64,000 nt of DNA from Macrostomum hystrix (lineage: Eukaryota > Animalia > Platyhelminthes), in contig CATNEN010000026.1 in NCBI GenBank assembly GCA_950097015.1, positions 744,001 through 808,000 on the forward strand, given 5' to 3'. Below are positions 46,801 to 58,200 of the stretch, one piece after another. How positions within the stretch are numbered: the stretch's first letter is position 1; each line of letters opens with the position of its first letter. Under the pieces are notes generated by a model. It was not told where the DNA came from, did no database searches, and was given only the letters and a program-made list of their open reading frames with translations. A program made the translations under genes and the position numbers.

Positions 46801-49800
46801 TTGGTCATTGTACGGTGTGTAAATTGGTCATTGTATGGTGTGTAAATTGGTCATTGTACGGTGTGTAAATTGGTCATTGTATGGTGTGCAAATTGGTCAT
46901 TGTATGGTGTGTAAATTGGTCATTGTATGGTGTGTAAATTGGTCATTGTATGGTGTGTAAATTGGTCATTGTACGGTGTGTAAATTGGTCATTGTATGGT
47001 GTGTAAATTGGTCATTGTACGGTGTGTAAATTGGTCATTGTACGGTGTGTAAATTGGTCATTGTATGGTGTGTAAATTGGTCATTGTACGGTGTGTAAAT
47101 TGGTCATTGTAGGGTGTGTAAATTGGTCATTGTATGGTATGTAAATTGGTCATTGTACGGTGTGTAAATTGGTCATTGTACGGTGTGTAAATTGGTCATT
47201 GTATGGTGTGTAAATTGGTCATTGTACGGTGTGTAAATTGGTCATTGTATGGTGTGTAAATTGGTCATTGTATGGTGTGTAAATTGGTCATTGTACGGTG
47301 TGTAAATTGGTCATTGTACGGTGTGTAAATTGGTCATTGTATGGTGTGTAAATTGGTCATTGTACGGTGTGTAAATTGGTCATTGTACGGTGTGTAAATT
47401 GGTCATTGTATGGTGTGTAAATTGGCCATTCTGTGCTGTGTAAATGTGTCATTCTATGTCGTGTAAACCTATAATTTTATGGTGAGTAAATCAATCTTTG
47501 TGTATGCGAATAGGACATTGTACGGAAAATCACGTGACCTATAAAATCAGAAATCACGTGACCAATAAAATCGGAAATCATGTGACTTGTGAATTCTAAA
47601 TCACGTGACCGATAAGTCGCGATTCGCATGACATAAAAGATGGACTTACCTGTCGGCCTGGATTAATGCTAGCAGCGTCAAGTTGCCTATCCAAATCGGT
47701 GCGAAATCTTTCCAAGCAGCCGTCGGCGCCAAAGTTGCCCCATTCGGTGTTGATAACAACGTGCGCCTCCCCAGCCGGCAGGTCGGCCGCGTAGCGTTCA
47801 ACAGCGGCGACTCGCTCGACGTAGGCCGCGTTGGTGCCGGTGCCGACAATCAGGCCAATCTGGCAGGCCGGATCTTCTAGGGCGCAGGCCGCCAGCGTGC
47901 CGACGGTGTCGTTGACTAGGGCGATGCAGTGGGCCGCCAAGCCGCGCCTGTCAACGGCTTCCTGTAAACAATTGCAATGGTTGGGAATAAGTCTGATGGG
48001 TTTGAAAGGTATTTGAGATTACTTCTCCTACTATTCGAATTACCGATATCCTCTAGGATTATTCTAATACAGAAAAATAAAATTACCTTCCTAGCGCTTT
48101 TTACAATGCGCAGAGCCACAAACTGATGCATTAAAAATCGAACTGGATTATCACTTAATCAAAGAGGATTATCATCCAATAAAACAGGATTATCAACCAA
48201 TCAAACTTTATTATCATCCAATCAAACAGGATTATCACCCAATCAAACAGGATTATCACCCAATCAAACAGGATTATCCCCCAATCAAACTTTATTATCA
48301 TCCAATCAAACAGGATTATCACCCAATCAAACAGGATTATCCCCCAATCAAACTTTATTATCATCCAATCAAACAGGATTATCACCGAATCAAACAGGAT
48401 TATCACCCAATCAAACAGGATTATCACCCAATCAAACAGGATTATCATCCAATCAAACAGGATTATCACCCAATCAAACAGGATTATCACCCAATCAAAC
48501 AGGATTATCATCCAATCAAACAGGATTATCACCGAATCAAACAGGATTATCACCCAATCAAACAGGATTATCACCCAATCAAACAGGATTATCACCCAAT
48601 CAAACAGGATTATCATCCAATCAAACAGGATTATCACCCAATCAATCAGGATTATCAACCAATCAAACAGGATTATCACCCAATCAAACAGGATTATCAC
48701 CGAATCAAACAGGATTATCACCCAATCAAACAGGATTATCCCCCAATCAAACTTTATTATCATCCAATCAAACAGGATTATCACCCAATCAAACTGGATT
48801 ATCAGCCAATCAAACAGGATTATCACCGAATCAAACAGGATTATCACCGAATCAAACAGGATTATCACCGAATCAAACAGGATTATCAACCAATCAAACA
48901 GGATTATCACCCAATCAAACAGGATTATCACCCAATCAAACAGGATTATCATCCAATCAAACAGGATTATCACTCAATCAAACAGGATTATCACCCAATC
49001 AAACAGGATTATCACCCAATCAAACAGGATTATCACCCAATCAAACAGGATTATCACCCAATCAAACAGGATTATCATCCAATCAAACAGGATTATCACC
49101 CAATCAATCAGGATTATCAACCAATCAAACAGGATTATCACCCAATCAAACAGGATTATCACCGAATCAAACAGGATTATCACCGAATCAAACAGGATTA
49201 TCAACCAATCAAACAGGATTATCACCCAATCAAACAGGATTATCACCGAATCAAACAGGATTATCACCCAATCAAACAGGATTATCAGCCAATCAAACAG
49301 GATTATCACCCAATCAAACAGGATTATCATCCAATCAAACAGGATTATCACCCAATCAATCAGGATTATCACCCAATCAAACCGGATTATCACCGAATCA
49401 AACAGGATTATCACCGAATCAAACAGGATTATCAACCAATCAAACAGGATTATCACCCAATCAAACAGGATTATCACCCAATCAAACAGGATTATCATCC
49501 AATCAAACAGGATTATCATCCAATCAAACAGGATTATCACTCAATCAAACAGGATTATCACCCAATCAAACAGGATTATCATCCAATCAAACAGAATTAT
49601 CAACCAATCAAACAGGATTATCACTTAATCAAACAGGATTATCACCCAATCAAACAGGATTATCATCCAATCAAACAGGATTATCATCCAATCAAACAGG
49701 ATTATCACTCAATCAAACAGGATTATCACCCAATCAAACAGGATTATCACCCAATCAAACTGGATTATCAGCCAATCAAACAGGATTATCACCGAATCAA

Positions 49801-52800
49801 ACAGGATTATCACCGAATCAAACAGGATTATCACCGAATCAAACAGGATTATCAACCAATCAAACAGGATTATCACCCAATCAAACAGGATTATCACCCA
49901 ATCAAACAGGATTATCATCCAATCAAACAGGATTATCATCCAATCAAACAGGATTATCACTCAATCAAACAGGATTATCACCCAATCAAACAGGATTATC
50001 AACCAATCAAACAGAATTATCAACCAATCAAACAGGATTATCACTTAATCAAACAGGATTATCACCCAATCAAACAGGATTATCATCCAATCAAACAGGA
50101 TTATCACCCAATCAATCAGGATTATCAACCAATCAAACAGGATTATCACCCAATCAAACAGGATTATCAACCAATCAAACAGGATTATCACCCAATCAAA
50201 CAGGATTATCATCCAATCAAACAGGATTATCATCCAATCAAGCTGGATTATCAGCTAATCAAACAGGATTATCCCCCAAACAAACAGAATTATCACTCAA
50301 ACAGGATTATCATCCAATCAAACAGGATTATCACTCAATCAAACAGGATTATCATCCAATCAATCAGGATTATCACCCAATCAAACAGGATTATCATCCA
50401 ATCAATCAGGATTATCACCCAATCAAACAGGATTATCACCCAATCAAACAGGATTATCAGCCAATCAAACAGGATTATCACCGAATCAAACAGGATTATC
50501 ACCGAATCAAACTTGATTATCACCGAATCAAACTGGATTATCATCTAATGAAAATGAAGCATCCCGATTCCTCACAAAGATTGTTACAATATTAACCCAG
50601 ATAATCCCACTCTAACAGGATTGTCTCATGCACCTGCAGCAGTCGGCAGACATCGTTTCCAACCACACCGTCGGCTGAGTAGCCCTTAGTCCAGCCGAGC
50701 AGTCGGGCGCTGGCCAGGCCGTGCTGTTCGCACGGAAACGAGAAGGTGAAGCCCAGACGCAGAGGCGAATCAGAATTGTCGGCCAGGTTAGAGGCGCCGT
50801 GCTCAACTAGAAAATCGGCAATTGTGCCGGCTAGAAAGTCGAACAGGGCCTCGCCGGAGCCGCGCATTAGATCGCACGGCACAGAGTACACATTCTCAGT
50901 GATCTCTGGCGGCTGGCCGGCTGGTCGCATTCGAACTAGCAGCACTCGATAATTGGTGCCGCCAAGGTCCAGGGCCAGGTAGTCGCCTGGTCCCGGCGGG
51001 TGGCCACCGCCGCAGGCTCGGCCTGGCAGTCGGGTCACGTGAGAGCACAGCATGGGCACGCACTGAGGCGGACCGGAGGCGCTGAGACCGGCACGGAATG
51101 CCGCCTCCAACTGTAACTCGATGGCGTGATAGTCCGACTCTGATAGAGTCAGGCTGGCGATTAGGGCGCGAGCCTGCGGGATCGTGAGACGGCTTTTATA
51201 TGACTACCAGACTGCCGAGTAGACTGCTGAGTAGACTGTTAAGTAGACTGTTGAGTAGACTGTTAAGTAGACTGTTGAGTAGACTTAGATCTGCCTACAT
51301 CTAGAAACAGTCTAGATCTGCCTACATCTAGAAACAGTCTAGATCTGCCTACATCTAGAAACAGTCAAGATCTACCTACATCTAGAAACAGTCTACATCA
51401 ACCTACATCTAGAAACAGTGCAGATCTACCTACATCTAGAAACTGTCTAGATCTACCTATATGTAGTAACAGTCTAGATCTGCCTACATCTAGAAACAGT
51501 CCAGATCTGCCTACATCTAGAAACTGTCTAGATCTACCTATATGTAGTAACAGTCTAGATCTGCCTACATCTAGAAACTGTCTAGATCTGCCTACATCTA
51601 GAAACAGTCTAGATCTGCCTACATCTAGAAACAGTGCAGATCTACCTGCATCTAGAAACAGTCTAGATCTACCTGCATCTAGAAACTGTCTAGATCTGCC
51701 TACATCTAGAAACAGTCTAGATCTGCCTACATCTAGAAACAGTCTAGATCTACCTACATCTAGAAACAGTCTACATCAACCTACATCTAGAAACAGTGCA
51801 GATCTGCCTACATCTAGAAACAGTCTAGATCTGCCTACATCTAGAAACAGTCTAGATCTGCCTACATCTAGAAACAGTCAAGATCTGCCTACATCTAGAA
51901 ACTGTCTTCATCTGCCTACATCTAGAAACAGTGCAGATCTACCTGCATCTAGAAACAGTATAGAACTACCTGCATCTAGAAACAGTCTAGATCTACCTGC
52001 ATCTAGAAACTGTCTAGATCTGCCTACATCTAGAAACAGTCTAGATCTGCCTACATCTAGAAACAGTCTAGATCTACCTACATCTAGAAACAGTCTACAT
52101 CAACCTACATCTAGAAACAGTGCAGATCTGCCTACATCTAGAAAGTCTAGATCTGCCTACATCTAGAAACAGTCTAGATCTGCCTACATCTAGAAACTGT
52201 CTAGATCTGCCCACATCTAGAAACAGTCTAGATCTGCCTACATCTAGAAACAGTCAAGATCTGCCTACATCTAGAAACAGTCAAGATCTGCCTACATCTA
52301 GAAACTGTCTAGATCTGCCTACATCTAGAAACAGTCTAGATCTGCCTACATCTAGAAACAGTCTGATCTGCCTACATCTAGAAACAGTCTGATCTGCCTA
52401 CATCTAGAAACAGTCTAGATCTGCCTACATCTAGAAACAGTCTAGATCTGCCTACATCTAGAAACAGTCTAGATCTACCTGCATCTAGAAACAGTGCAGA
52501 TCTACCTGCATCTAGAAACAGTCTAGATCTACCTGCATCTAAAAACAGTGCAGATCTACCTGCATCTAGAAACAGTCTAGATCTGCCTACATCTAGAAAC
52601 AGTCAAGATCTGCCTACATCTAGAAACAGTCTAGATCTGCCTACATCTAGAAACTGTCTAGATCTACCTACATCTAGAAACAGTGCAGATCTACCTACAT
52701 CTAGAAACAGTGCAGATCTACCTATATGTAGTAACAGTCTAGATCTACCTACATCTAGAAACTGTCTAGATCTACCTATATGTAGTAACAGTCTAGATCT

Positions 52801-54590
52801 ACCTAAATGCAGATAGATTTTGTCTAGACATTGTCTAGATCTATATAAAAGACATAGATTTCGTCTCTAGATATAAAATGTACACAAAAAGAACTAGAAT
52901 AAATCTGGTCTATGCAATTTTTTGCTGAATTTAGCATTCAGATAAGAATAAATCATGTCTAATTTTTGTTAAGCTACACACCTTCTCTGGTAGGTCTGGA
53001 ATCTTCTTTCTCGAATCGCTCAGGTGCATGAACTCGAAGTTCCTTCTGAAATAACAATTGTCACGTTAATTATCGATTTCTATAATCATTTGCAAACAAA
53101 AAAAGAAATAAGTAGTTCTTATTACTTATATAGAAGGCCAGCTAGCCTTCTCTCTCCCACAAATGAATGTGGCCTCGCCGCGGAAAGCTCGGGTACCTTG
53201 GTGCGAGAGGCAAACGCGTTAACCGCTCCAATTTACGCCCTTTAGGGCCAACCTCCAAGGCACAGTGAGAGTGTACAATGCCTGACGATGAGAAAGTCAG
53301 GGCAGGCTGACCTACCTAGGTGAGTGCTCAGGAGTCAGCGAAATGGGCAGAATTGGCTCCTCGCTGGCTGCGGGTCCAGTGTCACCAAATGATGTGCCAC
53401 TGCCCGCAGCACTCCAGTAATTAATACTATTATTTTTATTTAGATAGGCTTAACATTTTACACTGCTAATTTAAAATAGCACATGCATATATAGTAGAAA
53501 CTACTTACAAAGCCAGTCAGGATGAATTCTCCACCAATTTAAAATTCTCACAACATTGAACTAGTCTAATTATAAGTGGCGCACAACGAGATAAAAAGGT
53601 TCTTAACAGCACAGCGACAGCATAGCGGCGGGTTAAGTTGGATGATCCAGCAGCATGGCCTGGTATTGCAAAATGAATGTGCTTTTAGTACGCAGTTTGG
53701 AGATAAAACAAATAAATAAATATAAAGTGCAACAAAAACATTACTAGGCACAAAACAGAACATTGATAGTCTGTCTACTTAACTATATCGCGGATTCTTC
53801 CTTTCCTTATCTCCTGATTTGTATATCCCCATAAAATTACTTAGATAGTTAAATCTCCCTAGATGTCTACTACATCATCCCTAGATGTCTACTACATCAT
53901 CCCTAGATGCCTACTACATCATCCCTAGATGCCTACTACATCATCCCTAGATGCCTACTACATCATCCCTAGATGTCTACTACATCATCCCTAGATGTCT
54001 ACTACATCCTCCCTAGATGTCTACTACATCATCCCTAGATGTCTACTACATCCTCCCTAGATGTCTACTACATCCTCCCTAGATGTCTACTATATCATCC
54101 CTAGATGTCTACTACATCCTCCCTAGATGTCTACTACATCCTCCCTAGATGTCTACTACATCCTCCCTAGATGTCTACTACATCATCCCTAGATGTCTAC
54201 TACATCCTCCCTAGATGTCTACTACATCCTCCCTAGATGTCTACTACATCCTCCCTAGATGTCTACTACATCATCCCTAGATTTCTGCTAGATACTCTCG
54301 ATCGTCCGTAGATATACTCTAGATCGTTCCTTTATAGAACGGGCCAATTCACAGCATATATAGGAGTTGAATAGTTATGAGTTATAGGATGCATCAATGG
54401 CACAGGTTGGTTATAAATAAGCCAAATAACTAAGCACAACAAAAAAGTACTACTGTTAAAACAGCAAACATTTATAGTACGTGCAAATATATAGCATGCT
54501 GTGTTAAAATTATAAGCAATAATCTACTACTCACCCTTCCTGGCTATTTAACCGATTGAGTCTACGTTTTCTACCGTAGTCGAGGCTCAT
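43822..54590 (-). CDS. HK: Hexokinase, single-domain (about 50 kDa) type; 6 exons, 491 aa (467 aa from the internal ATG at 53029)
   Basis: Exons (minus) 54590-54535, 53045-52982, 51173-50634, 47961-47650, 45492-45055, 43887-43822(TGA), all GT-AG and phase-consistent. Motifs LALDLGGTNYRV, LGFTFSFPC, WTKG, VNDTVGTL, IVGTGTN, NTEWGNFG, FEKLVSGMYLGE, DGSLFK, LSEDGSGKGAA. The first exon (54590-54535) is less certain, about 0.65. Confidence 0.96.
43946..44305 (+). mobile_element. SINE family 1, copy D (full length, (ATT)n-like tail) in the last hexokinase intron
   Basis: tRNA-like head ggggg tgagcggcagagtgcttaacgcg...gagctcgattcc; tail attagtattattatt. Confidence 0.85.
44360..45015. repeat. 22-nt minisatellite (ctactggaatcttctcccctct)
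   Basis: Direct inspection. Confidence 0.96.
45705..47430. repeat. 23-nt satellite (gtgtaaattggtcattgtatggt), about 75 copies
   Basis: Period 23 (45721 to 45744). Confidence 0.99.
48150..50545. repeat. 21-nt satellite (caatcaaacaggattatcacc), about 114 copies
   Basis: Period 21; source of the IILFDWV ORFs. Confidence 0.99.
51288..52800. repeat. 27-nt satellite (tctagatctgcctacatctagaaacag), about 56 copies
   Basis: Period 27 (51311 to 51338). Confidence 0.98.
53144..53420 (+). mobile_element. SINE family 1, copy E with an inverted 5' head
   Basis: 53144-53230 is the reverse complement of the head; 53230-53420 is the forward body and tail. Confidence 0.8.
53862..54285. repeat. 22-nt minisatellite (atccctagatgtctactacatc)
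   Basis: Direct inspection. Confidence 0.96.
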
Positions 54591-54982
54591 TGTTGAACGA
54601 TTTTGGTTTGCTGGAAGGCAAAATAGCAAAAATTTGCCTCTTAACAGTAAAAAGATACTTTTTGCACACCATACTCCCCGACGAGAATCGTTGAATATCT
54701 CGACGATGTTGATGATTTGTGATTCAGGAAGTTGTTTTAACTGATGGAGCGGAACATTTTTGCCCGTGTTCCAGATTTTCGAGACGTTTGGTTGAATAAT
54801 TTGGGAGATAAAGAAAAACGAAAGACGTGGGTATTCGAAACGTATACTCCCATAGTATTTCTACAGTTATTAGATAACGAGTCTAACTAAGGTATAGTTA
54901 CTCCCGCAGTTTACACAAAAACAACAACAACAACAACAACAAAGACACTCGTTAACGAAACCGCAACAGCTAAACTCACCAA

Positions 54983-54988
54983 TTTATT
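54983..54988 (-). terminator. Probable ETFA polyadenylation signal AATAAA
   Basis: About 235 nt after the ETFA stop, followed downstream by a GU/U-rich tract (TTG)n at about 54915-54945. Confidence 0.6.
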
Positions 54989-55221
54989 CATTGCCAAATA
55001 AGTAATTTCCATAATTTGAACAATGAGTTACTCAGTTTCTAAGTTATGGCAGGATTGGGGGGCACAAGTTGCTAGAGCACACAAGAATCAAATAGTTCTA
55101 GCAAAATGAGGAATTGAATCTTTTTCGACTAATTAGCATAATTAGTTACGATGACAGGCCCTACAAAAGATGTCAATCCCTTGACGAAACAAAACTAAGA
55201 TGTACAGTGTCAGTGTCCAGT

Positions 55222-58200
55222 TCACTTCAACAGTTGGGTCATCTCGGGCACAGCTTTGAATAGGTCGGCCACCAGGCCAAAGTCGGCCACCTGAAATATT
55301 GGCGCCTCCGGGTCCTTGTTGATAGCCACAATCACTTTGCTGTCCTTCATGCCGGCCAGGTGTTGAATAGCGCCAGAGATGCCAACGGCAATGTAGAGAT
55401 CCGGTGCGACAATCTTGCCAGTCTGGCCAATCTGCATGTCGTTGGGCACAAAGCCGGCGTCCACAGCGGCCCGGCTGGCGCCGACCGCGGCGTTCATCTT
55501 GGCGGCCAGCTCGTACAGCAGCTGGAAGTTGTCGCCGGATTTCAGGCCGCGGCCGCCAGAGACTACAACCTTGGCGCTGGCAAGCTCGGGCCGGTCGCTC
55601 TTGCTCAGCTCCTAGAGGGCGGGGGGTCGGGGTTACTCACTAATTAATCAAAGCTCTTAATTGGCTAATGCATCCAGCCAGACAAACCAGATTAAATAGG
55701 CGAGCGGGTCAAATAGGGAATCCAACAAGGACAGCGGGCTGCATTGGCTGTGGAGAGACGGGACAGGCGAGTGGTGAGACAAAGGGGGGGTGAGACACGG
55801 GTGAGATGAAGCAAAGGAGAGATGAGACATGTGAGAGATGAGACAGGGGAGAGATGAGACAGGAGAGAGATGAGACAGGAGAGACATGAGACACAGGAGA
55901 GATATGAGACAGGAGAGAGATAAGACAGTGGTAGATGAGACAGTGATAGATGAGACGGTGAGAGATGAGAGAGGGGAGAGATTAGACAGGAAAGGGATGA
56001 GACACGCGTGAGATGAGACAGGGGAGCGACAAGATAGGAGAGAGATGAGACACGGGAGCGACAAGATAGGAGAGAGCTGAGTCATGGGTGATGTGAAACA
56101 ACGGAAAGATTAGACACGGCCTGCATCTGGGCAGCGGGCCGTGGCTCAAGGGTCATTGTTCCCAGATTTAGTAGGAATGCATTTACAATAGATGAAAAAT
56201 GGGTAATTCTAACCCCAATGACAATGAACCCTGTCTCATCAAGTCTCAGCAACCCAAGCACTCGCAATATTCTAGCTAGAACACGGACTAAATATTTGCT
56301 GCGCACCTTCTGAAATAAGAATCGAATCGTCAACTCTCTAGAACGTCGAGATATTCAACGATTCCGACAGAATGTAAAGATAGACAGAAGGCGTTGATGT
56401 ACACCAACCTGGCCAATAAACTTGCTAACGGCATTCTTGACAGTGTCGACGCCGGGCGCCGCTTCCTGATTGGCCGAGCCGCCGCTGACTGCGGCAGCTT
56501 CGAAAGCTGTGCCGCGCACCGTGATACACTTCACTTTGTCCAAAGATTTCACAGTCTGCAGCGCGTTGCCGGCGTAGATTGGCCGTACAAATGTGTCGGC
56601 AGATTTCACGTCAATAACGTCGGATACTGCGGCGACATCCAGTTTGGCTGCCACCCGGGGCACCAGAGATTTGCCTAGAGCTGTGGCCGAGCCGACAATG
56701 TGACTAAACTGCAGCTTGGACTGGCAGGCCACGATTAGCGGAGTGAGGGCTTCGGGTAGGAAGCCTTTGAATGCCTCGGAGTCGGCTAGTAGGACGCGAC
56801 TGACTCCGGCAATCTAAAATAATAACCGTCGAAGGATTTCAGAATGACGCGGCCCATTGTATAGGCTTCACTTTCTGAATAAGAAGTCAAAATTTGCAGA
56901 TTTTTTTAGAAAAAGTCATAGCTAGAGTCAGAGTAGTCCGAGTAGAAAGCCAGAATTCGATTGTGAGAAAGACAGAGAATCTGAGTGGGAGGGAGAGTGA
57001 GAGTAGGAGAAAAGGAGTCAGAGTAAGAGAGAGGGAGTCAGGGTGAGAAAGGCCAGGGGTTGGCGGAATGGGCGGTCCTCTCCGCCTCCTCGCTGCGTCC
57101 GCCGGTACGGAGCACCCAGCAGCTAAGTCAAGTAAGTCAAGTCAGGGTGAGAAAGAGAGAGTCAGGTTGAGAAAGAGAGAGTCAGGGTGAGAAAGAGAGA
57201 GTCAGGTTGAGAAAGAGAGAGTCAGGGTGAGAAAGAGAGAGTCAGGTTGAGAAAGAGAGAGTCAGGTTGAGAAAGAGAGAGTCAGGGTGAGAAAGAGAGA
57301 GTCAGGTTGAGAAAGAGAGAGTCAGGTTGAGAAAGAGAGAGTCAGGGTGAGAAAGAGAGAGTCAGGTTGAGAAAGAGAGAGTCAGGGTGAGAAAGAGAGA
57401 GTCAGGTTGAGAAAGAGAGAGTCAGGTTGAGAAAGAGAGAGTCAGGGTGAGAAAGAGAGAGTCAGGTTGAGAAAGAGAGAGTCAGGGTGAGAAAGAGAGA
57501 GTCAGGTTGAGAAAGAGAGAGTCAGGGTGAGAAAGAGAGTCAGGTTGAGAAAGAGGGAGTCAGGGTGAGAAAGAGAGAGTCAGGTTGAGAAAGAGAGAGT
57601 CAGGGTGAGAAAGAGAGAGTCAGGGTGAGAAAGAGAGAGTCAGGTTGAGAAAGAGAGAGTCAGGGTGAGAAAGAGAGAGTCAGGTTGAGAAAGAGAGAGT
57701 CAGGGTGAGAAAGAGAGAGTCAGGTTGAGAAAGAGAGAGTCAGGGTGAGAAAGAGAGTCAGGTTGAGAAAGAGGGAGTCAGGGTGAGAAAGAGAGAGTCA
57801 GGTTGAGAAAGAGAGAGTCAGGGTGAGAAAGAGAGAGTCAGGTTGAGAAAGAGGGAGTCAGGGTGAGATGAAGGGAGTCAGGGTGAGAAAGAGAGAGTCA
57901 GGTTGAGAAAGAGGGAGTCAGGTTGAGAAAGAGAGAGTCAGGTTGAGAAAGAGAGAGTCAGGTTGAGAAAGAGAGAGTCAGGTTGAGAAAGAGAGAGTCA
58001 GGTTGAGAAAGAGAGAGTCAGGTTGAGAAAGAGAGAGTCAGGGTGAGAAAGAGAGAGTCAGGTTGAGAAAGAGGGAGTCAGGGTGAGATGAAGGGAGTCA
58101 GGGTGAGAAAGAGAGAGTCAGGTTGAGAAAGAGGGAGTCAGGGTGAGAAAGAGAGAGTCAGGTTGAGAAAGAGAGAGTCAGGGTGAGAAAGAGAGAGTCA

